64,000 nt of DNA from an uncultured Chlorobiaceae bacterium. GTDB lineage: Bacteria; Bacteroidota; Chlorobiia; Chlorobiales; Chlorobiaceae. This document shows, in pieces, positions 39,289 through 48,062 of this stretch. Below the pieces are notes generated by a model. It saw nothing but the letters and a program-made list of their open reading frames with translations. It was not told the DNA's origin and did no database searches. The position numbers were made by a program, and so were the translations under genes. Numbering within the stretch: position 1 is the first letter of the stretch; every line of letters starts with the position of its first letter. The stretch covers positions 705 to 64,704 of the forward strand of contig CAIJWE010000072.1 in assembly GCA_903824295.1 (NCBI GenBank), read 5' to 3'.

Positions 39289-40971
39289 TTGACCAGCATG
39301 AAACAGGAACGTGAATCAGTCGAATTTGACATCGTGTTTGTTGGCGCAGGCCCGGCAAACCTCACCTCGGCTATCCACCTGCAGCGTATGATCAAGCGAC
39401 ACAATGCCAGGTCAGCAAAGCCTCTTGAACCCTCAATTGCGATCATCGAAAAAGGGCGCTACGCAGGCGCACACCTCCTCTCAGGAGCGCTGCTCGACCC
39501 AAGGGCCCTCGCTGAGTTTTTTCCCGACTATCGGGAGCAGGGCTGCCCGATTGAGGCCACCGTCTCAAAGGAGAGGCTCTGGTTTCTGCAAAATAGAAGG
39601 AAATTCCCGATTCCCTTTATCCCCAAAGAGTTCAGCAACGAGGGAGCACTTCTCCTCTCGCTCAGCCGCCTCGGCGCCTGGATGGCTGAAAAAGCCGACG
39701 AGGAGGGCATCCAGCTTTTCGACAACACCGCCGCCGCCGCCCCCTTTCTCGAAAACGGCAAAGTTGCGGGCATCATTACTGACGACAAGGGGCTCGACCG
39801 GGAAGGAAAAGCGAAAGCCAACTTTGAACCAGGACTTCTGCTCAAAAGCAACGTTACCGTGATCGGCGAAGGCTCCGACGGCTCGCTCGCTCGCCAGCTC
39901 TCCGCACTCTTTCCATCAGGAAGCACAGGGCAGCGCTACGAAACCGGAGTAAAAGAGAGCTGGCAGATAGTGGAAGGGCAGCTCAAGGCAGGAGAGGTAC
40001 ACCAGTTTTTCGGTTATCCTCTTTCAACTGAGAGCTATGGCGGCGGATGGCTCTACGCCTTCTCCCCGACACTCATCTCCATCGGGTTCATCTCCTCACC
40101 GGGGGCAGAGGCGCCCCTCTCGGACCCCCACCTGAACCTCCAGCGCTTCAAAATGCACCCGTTCCTTGCCAATATCCTCAAAGGAGGCTCAATGATTGAG
40201 TCGGGCGCAAGAACCATCGCCTCAGGAGGCTTTGACGCCATACCACCGCTCTACGGGCCCGGTTTTCTCGTTACCGGAGAATCCGCCGGGATGGTGAACA
40301 TGCAACGCCACAAAGGGATACACCTCGCCATGAAGTCGGGCCTCCTTGCCGCCGAAACCCTCTTTGAAGCGCTGCTGCACAACGACTTCTCCACGGAACG
40401 CCTCGGCAGCTACGCCGAACGGTTCAAAAACTCATGGGCCTTCGAAGAGCTGCACGCCGCCCGGAACTACCGCAAAGCCTTCGACAAAGGGCTCTACGCC
40501 GGACTTGTTCAGGCAGGCCTTCAGCTCAGCTTTCCCGGCCTCTCATTGCCGAAAACGCAACTCACTCAGCCAGCGCTTGCACCCCTCCCCGGCCTTGGCC
40601 TGAAAAAAAGAAAAACAGCATTCCCCTCAATACCAGAGTTCAGGGCAGACGGCACACTCACCTTCAGCAAAGAGCAGAGCCTCTTCCGCTCCGGCGTCAT
40701 GCACGAAGAGAACCAGCCCTGCCACCTGCGCATCAAGCCTGAAGATATTGCTGAAATCTGCCTCAAAAAATGCTTTGCGGAGTTCGCCAACCCCTGCCGG
40801 CACTTCTGCCCCGCATCGGTCTACGAAATAACCACAGAACCCGTCCCGGCGCTCAAGCTCAACTCCTCCAACTGCCTCCACTGCAAGACATGCGAAGTGG
40901 CCGACCCCTACGGCATCATCACCTGGACGGTGCCTGAAGGCGGTGGCGGCCCAGGGTACAAGATAAGCTGA
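39289..40971 (+). CDS. Electron-transfer flavoprotein:quinone oxidoreductase (ETF-QO)
   Basis: 'DIVFVGAGPANL' FAD fold and a C-terminal 4Fe-4S motif 'CLHCKTCEVADP'. Confidence 0.85.
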   Translation: MTSMKQERESVEFDIVFVGAGPANLTSAIHLQRMIKRHNARSAKPLEPSIAIIEKGRYAGAHLLSGALLDPRALAEFFPDYREQGCPIEATVSKERLWFLQNRRKFPIPFIPKEFSNEGALLLSLSRLGAWMAEKADEEGIQLFDNTAAAAPFLENGKVAGIITDDKGLDREGKAKANFEPGLLLKSNVTVIGEGSDGSLARQLSALFPSGSTGQRYETGVKESWQIVEGQLKAGEVHQFFGYPLSTESYGGGWLYAFSPTLISIGFISSPGAEAPLSDPHLNLQRFKMHPFLANILKGGSMIESGARTIASGGFDAIPPLYGPGFLVTGESAGMVNMQRHKGIHLAMKSGLLAAETLFEALLHNDFSTERLGSYAERFKNSWAFEELHAARNYRKAFDKGLYAGLVQAGLQLSFPGLSLPKTQLTQPALAPLPGLGLKKRKTAFPSIPEFRADGTLTFSKEQSLFRSGVMHEENQPCHLRIKPEDIAEICLKKCFAEFANPCRHFCPASVYEITTEPVPALKLNSSNCLHCKTCEVADPYGIITWTVPEGGGGPGYKIS

Positions 40972-40986
40972 CCACACCAGGCAACT

Positions 40987-41865
40987 TCAGCTTCCCAGCG
41001 CCCCGCACTGCATAAAGAAATCACGCAACCGATGCGTGCCATAGAGCGGGGCGATGAAGTCCACCCGGCTGAGCGTCGTCGCAAAAAGCGCAACATCATG
41101 GACATCGCGATTGAAGAGACCAACTGCCGCAACCAGCCCGTCAGCCGCCCAAAGTGGCAGAGGAAAGACGATGGGCTTGGTTTGGGCAATTTCAATAGCG
41201 AGATCAACCATTTCGAGATAGGTGAACACTTCAGGCCCGCCCACGGAAACCTCTTTTGCCGTTCCATCAACAGCATCAACGCAAACCTTTGCCAAATCAG
41301 CGCCATGAATGGGATTGGAGCGCTGATAACCATCACCAACCATCAGCATAAATCCCTTGCGGGCCCTCGCAACAAACTGCCCGATCTCCGAATAGTAGCC
41401 CGTCGGGCGGATAATGGCAGAGTCAATGTTGGCCGCCTTCAGCTCCCTGACAAACTTCTCGTGAGCCTGAACGTTCGGAATATTCATCATGCGATGCGCA
41501 TCAAAAACCGAGACATAAACAAACTTCTTGACCTTCGCCTTCAGCGCCAAATCCAGCAAATTCATATTGGCCTGATAATCCACCTCAAAAATGGTATGCA
41601 CAAAATCAGGCTTGATCATGCCAAGCGATGAAAAAACCACATCAATGCCATCACACGCCGCCAGAATGGTTTCGGGCTTTGTGGCATCGCCCACAAGCAC
41701 CTCGTCAACCAGATCCTCAATAGAGGGCGTAAAGTAAGGGCCGGGCTGCTTGAACTTATCAGGATTACGCACCAGAGCACGAACCCAATAGCCGCGATTT
41801 TTAAACTCCTGCACTGCATAGCGACCCAGATAGCCGGTCGAACCGGCCACAAGTACTCTCTTCAT
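40987..41865 (-). CDS. NAD(P)H-binding atypical SDR (NmrA/DVR-like)
   Basis: 'MKRVLVAGSTGYLGRY' Rossmann motif. Start moved to the internal Met (41865). Any BciA-like role is speculation only. Confidence 0.65.
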   Translation of the reverse strand: MKRVLVAGSTGYLGRYAVQEFKNRGYWVRALVRNPDKFKQPGPYFTPSIEDLVDEVLVGDATKPETILAACDGIDVVFSSLGMIKPDFVHTIFEVDYQANMNLLDLALKAKVKKFVYVSVFDAHRMMNIPNVQAHEKFVRELKAANIDSAIIRPTGYYSEIGQFVARARKGFMLMVGDGYQRSNPIHGADLAKVCVDAVDGTAKEVSVGGPEVFTYLEMVDLAIEIAQTKPIVFPLPLWAADGLVAAVGLFNRDVHDVALFATTLSRVDFIAPLYGTHRLRDFFMQCGALGS

Positions 41866-41934
41866 GATGATGCCAAAAAAATTGAAATAGATTATTGAAC
41901 AGTTTCCATCAGCCACCCCTGTTTTCCGCAAAGC

Positions 41935-42771
41935 CTAAAATAACTCTTTACCAAGAATCCGGCGCATACCAGCGAATATCCTGAAAAACGTTTTTGCCAG
42001 CGGCTCATACCTCACGCGACGGTTTCGTCCCTCTATCGCCCGTATTTTCGGCACCAGAACAGCCGCCACCTTTTCAGGCTTTTCTGCGATAACCCGTAAA
42101 AACCTGCTTGCCGATTCCGTCGCATCGCGAAGCAAAAGTTCTGTCAGCACCAGAGCGGGACTCAACTCATGAACCCCAATACTTGTTACCCCTGCCGCCT
42201 TTAACTCCCCCGAAAGAAAGTGGGTCACTTCAGCCACCCCCCGTTTCGACGCCTTGTGGGGCACCGCTGAACGCGACAAAGCCGCCCCTGCCGAGGAAAA
42301 GCCCATATTGAAAATATGATAGCACGGTTTTTTGGAAGCTGGCTGCCGCCGCATCACCCTGACAGCCTCAGCACACATAACAATGGTGCCCGAAAGGTTG
42401 GTCGAGCATGTTTCGCGAATATCTTCCCCGTCCAGCTCCCACAACGGTCGCTTCAAGAGCCCCGCCGTCCCTGCATTGTTAATCCAGCGATCCACCCTTC
42501 CAAGCCGCGAAACCGCAAAATCGGCAAGCAATTTTCCGCTGGAACGCTCGCCCACGTCGCAAACAATGCCATGCACCGCCCCTCCCGGCACAGCCAGACG
42601 AAGGGAGTGTAACGCATCCTCTACACCCTGCCAATTTCTGCCGCAGAGCACAACACGGTCACCCGCCGCAAGAAATTCTGACGCAAGAGCATAGCCCAGC
42701 CCCTTGCTTCCACCGGTGATGACAACGCCAAGAGAGCGCTCTCTATCCTTTATTGTACACGCTGATGCCAC
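41935..42771 (-). CDS. Classical short-chain dehydrogenase/reductase
   Basis: 'VITGGSKGLGYALA','NNAG'. GTG start at 42771. Confidence 0.75.
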   Translation of the reverse strand: MASACTIKDRERSLGVVITGGSKGLGYALASEFLAAGDRVVLCGRNWQGVEDALHSLRLAVPGGAVHGIVCDVGERSSGKLLADFAVSRLGRVDRWINNAGTAGLLKRPLWELDGEDIRETCSTNLSGTIVMCAEAVRVMRRQPASKKPCYHIFNMGFSSAGAALSRSAVPHKASKRGVAEVTHFLSGELKAAGVTSIGVHELSPALVLTELLLRDATESASRFLRVIAEKPEKVAAVLVPKIRAIEGRNRRVRYEPLAKTFFRIFAGMRRILGKELF

Positions 42772-42785
42772 TACAGACCCCGTTC

Positions 42786-42833
42786 AACCTTCACCATACC
42801 AAACCCCATAGAATTCTTTTCACCAAACCCGCA
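42786..42833. repeat. 48-bp direct repeat, copy 1 (encodes the cas6 C-terminal motif on the minus strand)
   Basis: aaccttcaccataccaaaccccatagaattcttttcaccaaacccgca is identical to 44753-44800. Minus-strand reading gives CGFGEKNSMGFGMVKV, then ERGL* (stop at 42771-42773). Confidence 0.95.
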
Positions 42834-42844
42834 GCTAAACAACG

Positions 42845-44530
42845 TCAAGTCAACTTGCCAGGAACAAACCCAAGCAGGCGATCGAGGTCATAGCGGCTTT
42901 TGGCTGACTTGAAATAGCCGTTGTGCGAGTATGTTAACCCTTTCGCCGTATAGATGGTTTTTTCATCCCCGGATGCCTGAAACAGAGCATCGTACACGCT
43001 ACGGTAGTGTGCTGAATAATCATCGCCATCAAGTTTGTAGAGGCCATAACAGAAAAGTTCGTCGGCATACATCACAAAATCTGCATGACTGTCGGCTCCA
43101 TTGCGCTGCTCTACAACGAAACGATAGATGTGATAGACCGCGAGCAACTGCTGATAGAGTGGTGAATCGGCATCCCCTGAAAAAAGAAAATGCAAGGGGT
43201 GACTGCTGGTTGAAGTTGCTTCAAAAATCTCTTCGAGTACCCTGGCCTTGGAGTTTTTGGCAAGCTCCGGCTTTTCGTAACAGGTGGCATACCAGAACTT
43301 CAGTAAATGGTCGGCATGAATGGATTCGTTGAGAGCACGACTATAGCTGTTTTCAAAAGTCTCTCCCCGTTTTGTCAAGTAACCAATTCCCCGCGACTCA
43401 AACAAGGCTTTGACATAGTGGTTGAAATTTTTGTTACTCATCTTGTCGCGAAAATTGATGGGCGACTGGGTATTGGTTGCATCCGTAATTTTGGCAACCA
43501 GTTCAGGATCCGCAGTTTCATAGAGACGCATCAAAACGTACACGCCCTCCAAATCCGCAGGGTTGTTGAGGTATGCGTCATAGATGACATGGGTCGTCTG
43601 CAAGCCGTTGACAATTACCGGGTTTTTGGTTTCAACAGGATAGACTCCAGCCTGCATTTCACGGGGTATCTTTACCTGCTCGGCAATGATGGTGATGCCA
43701 TTGTTCAAAAAGGGAAAATACTCGGCATAGTCGCTCTGGATGGTTTCGCGAATTTTTGTATTCGTTCGGTTTGAACCCAAATAGCCACGGATATTATCGC
43801 TGAAAACGGAATCAATACGCTTGTTGACCTCCTTCTCCTTGTCGAGCAAGCGGCAAAGGTCGAGCGCCGACAATCGAAAATTAAGAGCCTTGACATTCTG
43901 TATCTGAAAAGAGATCAATGCCTGTGGGTCACTTTTCAAAGAGATGTTGGAGCGCTGCGCCATAAAACTGAAGGTGACAGGCTTGCGCTTCCGGTGTTCT
44001 GCTACCAGATTTTCTATCTGATCATAAAGATCATTGCGATCGTAAATGGTCAATCGCTCATTGGCCTCCAGATGCCGCGTGGCAATCGCCCGATTCTGGG
44101 GGGTTATCTCGCCACCAAAAACAAAATGCAACTGTGTCTCAATTGCCCGTCCCGAAAGGGCGAGTGAGTGATACATCTCAAAAGCCCTGGTAACCTTACT
44201 GTTCAAGGGGAGTTGCGTGATATTGCCAAACACAAAGAGATTCCGGTAATCATTGACAAACTTTGCAAGAATAGTATCGCCAAGATGAGCCCCTGACTTT
44301 ACCTGAAAGAGATGTATGACCGCCTCCTCCTCGTCAATAAAAATGCCATCCATCCCTCCATCGTGCGAACCACTGCCATTTTCAAGGGTTGAAACATTGT
44401 CCATAACCTCATCAAAGGTCATATCAAGCACAGCGGCAACAGCAAGGATTTCAAAAGCAAAATCCTTTGACAGCCCAAACCTGCTGGCAATACGCCCAAT
44501 AAAACCATCAAGAAAAAGATCCCGGTTCAT
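42845..44530 (-). CDS. AIPR (abortive-infection phage-resistance) family protein
   Basis: 'IRGYLGSNRTNTKIRETI..FPFLNNGITIIAE' is the AIPR core. Start set at Met59 of the ORF (44530, MNRDLFLDGF...). Confidence 0.75.
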   Translation of the reverse strand: MNRDLFLDGFIGRIASRFGLSKDFAFEILAVAAVLDMTFDEVMDNVSTLENGSGSHDGGMDGIFIDEEEAVIHLFQVKSGAHLGDTILAKFVNDYRNLFVFGNITQLPLNSKVTRAFEMYHSLALSGRAIETQLHFVFGGEITPQNRAIATRHLEANERLTIYDRNDLYDQIENLVAEHRKRKPVTFSFMAQRSNISLKSDPQALISFQIQNVKALNFRLSALDLCRLLDKEKEVNKRIDSVFSDNIRGYLGSNRTNTKIRETIQSDYAEYFPFLNNGITIIAEQVKIPREMQAGVYPVETKNPVIVNGLQTTHVIYDAYLNNPADLEGVYVLMRLYETADPELVAKITDATNTQSPINFRDKMSNKNFNHYVKALFESRGIGYLTKRGETFENSYSRALNESIHADHLLKFWYATCYEKPELAKNSKARVLEEIFEATSTSSHPLHFLFSGDADSPLYQQLLAVYHIYRFVVEQRNGADSHADFVMYADELFCYGLYKLDGDDYSAHYRSVYDALFQASGDEKTIYTAKGLTYSHNGYFKSAKSRYDLDRLLGFVPGKLT

Positions 44531-44734
44531 GCACCTGCCTTCATTGTTTTTAATAGAAATCTCCACGACCCTTCTGCCATCAGCAAATGGAGGGCCATTC
44601 CCTCTTGAACGAGCAAATATAAGCAGAATAGATGAAGATAGAGTCCTTGTTTTCCCCAATCGCATAACAGTGCATGGGGCTTTCCGTCTCAGGCCAACAC
44701 CCAATTGTCAACCCTTTTTGCCGGAATCAACTCA

Positions 44735-45007
44735 TCAATCAACGCACAACTGAACCTTCACCATACCAAACCCCATAGAATTCTTTTCACCAAACCCGCA
44801 CGCATAGCCGACCTCCATCAACTCACAGGGAGCCCTCAACCTGAACGGCGCAAGCGTCCCCTTGATCTTTGTCTCATCCGAACGCCCCTCCTTCAACGTA
44901 ATCAGCTTCTGAACCTTCCCCTGCATCCGCTCAACATAAGCTGCATCAAGAGCAAAACCAAACTGCCCGGGCAAAGGTTGAGTTTTTGAAAAAATTGAGT
45001 CAACGAA
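44735..45007 (-). pseudogene. cas6: cas6 C-terminal fragment (CRISPR endoribonuclease relic)
   Basis: 'IKGTLAPFRLRAPCELMEVGYACGFGEKNSMGFGMV' carries the Cas6 glycine-rich 'G.G..(x)..GFG' loop. The upstream part of the 239-aa ORF looks non-coding and overlaps the opposite-strand gene. Confidence 0.55.
44753..44800. repeat. 48-bp direct repeat, copy 2
   Basis: Perfect copy of 42786-42833. The flanking bases differ on both sides. Confidence 0.95.
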
Positions 45008-45334
45008 ACAATTGTCTGGCCGAGTTGGGGCTCGGCGTTCCCGGGCCAAGTACATCATGGGTGACCTTATTGAGTGAGCGGGGGTTCGGAAAACTGGATT
45101 ACCGGATACATCAAAAAAAATGTAAGTTTCGGGCAACTGCGGTAGCGAATGTCGACACACCCACTGCGATGCATGAACATCTGATATTTTTGAACGCGAA
45201 CACATAGAGAATCTTGCCGACTGCACACACGATTGTTGCGGTAACCAGGAGAGTGAGGCGAAACCTCGTTGGCATTGAAATTGTGCCAACGTACTCTGCA
45301 ACGGGAAAAACTGAGCTGAAACAAAGGAAGGAGA

Positions 45335-46096
45335 ATGAAACCACTTGACCTGAACGACGTATCGGCCTACGTTAAAGAGAACATCGGCACGTTGTATCAG
45401 AAAAAAATTGAAGTTCTTGATACGTTTAATTTCTCTGAAATGCTGGAACAGCAAAACTTCTACCTCTGCAGCTTAAAACGGGCTCAGACTATCGGCAAGA
45501 TTGTCAGGGGCCTTGTTGATGCTCATATCTCATCAAACGAGGAGACTGTTTTTGGTGACTGGCTGGAAGGGCTGGCCATTTTTATCAATGAAAAGGTGTA
45601 CGGTGGATGGAAATCGGGCATTGCGGGTATTGACCTTGAATTTGACAAGGAGGGGAAGCGCTTTATCGTCAATATCAAGTCGGGGCCGAATTGGGGGAAC
45701 AGCAGCCAGATTGCCAAAATGAAGTCTGACTTCAAGACTGCGGCAAAGACGTTGCGCACGAGTAACTCAAAGCTTCAGGTTGTTGCGGTTAATGGATGCT
45801 GTTACGGGAGAACCACGACTTCGGATCAGGGTGACTATTTCAAGTATTGCGGTCAGACCTTTTGGGAGTTTATCTCTTCAGATCCCAATCTCTACACCGA
45901 GCTTATCGACCCGCTGGGTCACATGGCGCGGGAAAAAAACGATGAGTTTCAAGACTCCTATGCGCGAATGGTCAATAAATTTACCGTTCAATTCGGGAGC
46001 GAGTATTGCGACAGCAGTGGGGCTATCAACTGGCACAAGCTCGTGGCTTTCAATTCCTCTACGATTCAGTTGCCGGAGCGCCGACCGACGACATGA
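45335..46096 (+). CDS. Solitary type II restriction-endonuclease-like protein (PmeII/TdeIII-like PD-(D/E)xK candidate)
   Basis: 'GDWLEGLAIFI','GIAGIDLEFDKEGKRFIVNIKSGPNWGNSSQ' resemble the D..(E/N)xK core of this small REase family. No adjacent methyltransferase. Confidence 0.45.
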   Translation: MKPLDLNDVSAYVKENIGTLYQKKIEVLDTFNFSEMLEQQNFYLCSLKRAQTIGKIVRGLVDAHISSNEETVFGDWLEGLAIFINEKVYGGWKSGIAGIDLEFDKEGKRFIVNIKSGPNWGNSSQIAKMKSDFKTAAKTLRTSNSKLQVVAVNGCCYGRTTTSDQGDYFKYCGQTFWEFISSDPNLYTELIDPLGHMAREKNDEFQDSYARMVNKFTVQFGSEYCDSSGAINWHKLVAFNSSTIQLPERRPTT

Positions 46097-46226
46097 ACTG
46101 TTTGAAGAGAGTCGCCATTTTCCCTACATTCCGACTCGCAAGAATTTTTGCCAAAAAGGAGCGGAGTTGATGCAAATCCCGGTAATTTACCGCCGTTGCC
46201 TGCCTGTTATAATTTAGGGGTAACCT

Positions 46227-47312
46227 ATGAGCGTACAGAAAAAAGTTGTTGTCGGTATTTCGGGCGGGGTTGATTCTGCTGTTTCGGCTTGCCTCCTTGT
46301 TCAGCAGGGCTACGAGGTGACTGGTCTGAACATCCGGGTGCTCGACTCCCTTGAGGAGAGTCCTTCGCTGAAGCCTTCGCCGCTGGTAATCAGTGACCAT
46401 CCCGATTTTCAGATTCCGGTGTTGACCCTGAACCTGAGCAGGAAGTTCAGAGATGACGTTATCGGCTATTTTCATGAGGACTATCTTGGCGGCAAAACGC
46501 CGAATCCCTGCATGGTCTGCAACAAGAAAATCAAGTGGTTTGGCCTCTTTGAGGGGCTGAAGCTGCTTGAGGCGGATTTTGTTGCTACGGGCCATTTTGC
46601 GGCGACGGCTTTCAGCGGGGGAAGATACCGGCTTTATAAGGGAGCTGATGCGGAAAAGGATCAGAGTTACTTTCTCTGGATGCTTACTCAACGTGACCTG
46701 GCAAAAACCCTCTTTCCTCTCGGGGAGCTGACCAAACCGGAGGTACGTGCGCTGGCCCGCTCGTTTGGCGTCAGGGCGGCTGAAAAGAAGGAGAGCCAGG
46801 AGATCTGTTTTGTGCCGCAGGATGATTATTGCGGCTACCTTGCTGGCGCAATTCCCGGTTTGGCGGAACGGGTCGCGGATGGCGATATTGTGGATGAATC
46901 GGGCAAGGTAATTGGCAAGCATCGGGGCTATCCCTTTTATACCATCGGCCAGCGCCGGGGGCTCGGTGTTTCGGCCAAAGAGCCGCTCTATGTCACGGCG
47001 CTCGACACGGAGCATAACCGTATTGAGGTCGGCAACAAGTCATCCCTTGCTTTTTCTTCGCTCATTGCTTCCAAAATCAACTGGATCGGCATTGAGGAGC
47101 CAGAATGCGCAATTGAAGCCTCTGGCAAAATTCGCTATCGTGACCGCGAAACTCCCTGCACCCTTGAGCCTCTCGGTGAGGGTGCCGCAAAAGTCTCATT
47201 CGCTGCACCTAAAAGCGCCGTTGCAACGGGGCAGGCGGCGGTCTTTTACCGCGATCGCGAAGTGCTCGGAGGCGGTTTTATTTCCAAAGTCATTCACCCA
47301 TACAAACCGTAA
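46227..47312 (+). CDS. mnmA: tRNA 2-thiouridine(34) synthase
   Basis: PP-loop 'VVVGISGGVDSAV','NPCMVCNKKIKW'. Confidence 0.92.
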   Translation: MSVQKKVVVGISGGVDSAVSACLLVQQGYEVTGLNIRVLDSLEESPSLKPSPLVISDHPDFQIPVLTLNLSRKFRDDVIGYFHEDYLGGKTPNPCMVCNKKIKWFGLFEGLKLLEADFVATGHFAATAFSGGRYRLYKGADAEKDQSYFLWMLTQRDLAKTLFPLGELTKPEVRALARSFGVRAAEKKESQEICFVPQDDYCGYLAGAIPGLAERVADGDIVDESGKVIGKHRGYPFYTIGQRRGLGVSAKEPLYVTALDTEHNRIEVGNKSSLAFSSLIASKINWIGIEEPECAIEASGKIRYRDRETPCTLEPLGEGAAKVSFAAPKSAVATGQAAVFYRDREVLGGGFISKVIHPYKP

Positions 47313-47326
47313 CCATATCTTTTATA

Positions 47327-48004
47327 ATGCTGCAACGACGCCATCTCTCGCTTGCCTACCTTGAACTTGCTCCGGCAAAACCGGAAAATGCTCCGCTCAT
47401 CATCATGCTGCACGGCTATGGCAGCAACGAAAAAGATTTGATTCAGCTTGCTCCCTCGCTGAGGCCGGAATTCCGTTACATCAGTGCACGAGCACCTGAA
47501 GAGATGGATTTCGGCATGTTCGCCTGGTTCCCTCTCGAGTTTACCCCGACAGGAATCAGGGTGGATCATGGTGAGGCACAGCGAGCTGTTGAACAGTTGA
47601 TCGGCTTTATCCGCGAAATTATTGCCGAGTACCAGCCTCTGGGCAACAAGGTTTTTCTGATGGGGTTCAGCCAGGGAACGGTGATGAGCTATCTGACGGC
47701 CTTTCTGGCTCCGGAGCTGCTGCATGGCGTAATTGCCTGTTCAGGACAGTTGCCTGAAAAAACAGTGCCGCACGACACTCTGAAACCTGTATTGAAGAGG
47801 CTCCCTTTTCTGGTGATGCATGGCAGCTTTGACGATGTTCTGCCGATTGCAAAGGGGCTTGCCGCAAAAGCGTGGCTGGAGGAGCATGTGGAGGATCTCA
47901 CCTGGCGCCAATACCCCATAGCGCACCAGATCTCCGACAGCGGCGTTGAGCTGATGCGAACCTGGCTTGAAAAAAGGCTGCCACAAGCTCCCCAAAAAGA
48001 GTAA
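47327..48004 (+). CDS. Phospholipase/carboxylesterase-family alpha/beta hydrolase
   Basis: 'MLHGYGSNEKDL' and nucleophile elbow 'GFSQG'. Confidence 0.75.
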   Translation: MLQRRHLSLAYLELAPAKPENAPLIIMLHGYGSNEKDLIQLAPSLRPEFRYISARAPEEMDFGMFAWFPLEFTPTGIRVDHGEAQRAVEQLIGFIREIIAEYQPLGNKVFLMGFSQGTVMSYLTAFLAPELLHGVIACSGQLPEKTVPHDTLKPVLKRLPFLVMHGSFDDVLPIAKGLAAKAWLEEHVEDLTWRQYPIAHQISDSGVELMRTWLEKRLPQAPQKE

Positions 48005-48062
48005 TTCCCCCAGCCAAGCTGTATATTCTCTTTTTTTAACCACCGCCATGCTTTAACATCGA

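Noticed and set aside
44801-45334. Degenerate CRISPR repeats near the cas6 relic (for example the ...GGCATTGAAAT motif at ~45271-45281), also sought at 46097-46226
   Set aside because: There is only a single ATTGAAA-like occurrence. No second copy or regular spacing was found, so nothing supports an array.
46059-47015. 318-aa minus-strand ORF opposite mnmA
   Set aside because: Shadow ORF antisense to a clear MnmA gene, with no recognisable motifs.
48005-48062. Cobalamin riboswitch ahead of metH
   Set aside because: The intergenic region is only 58 nt, too short for the ~200-nt element. These riboswitches usually control metE rather than metH.
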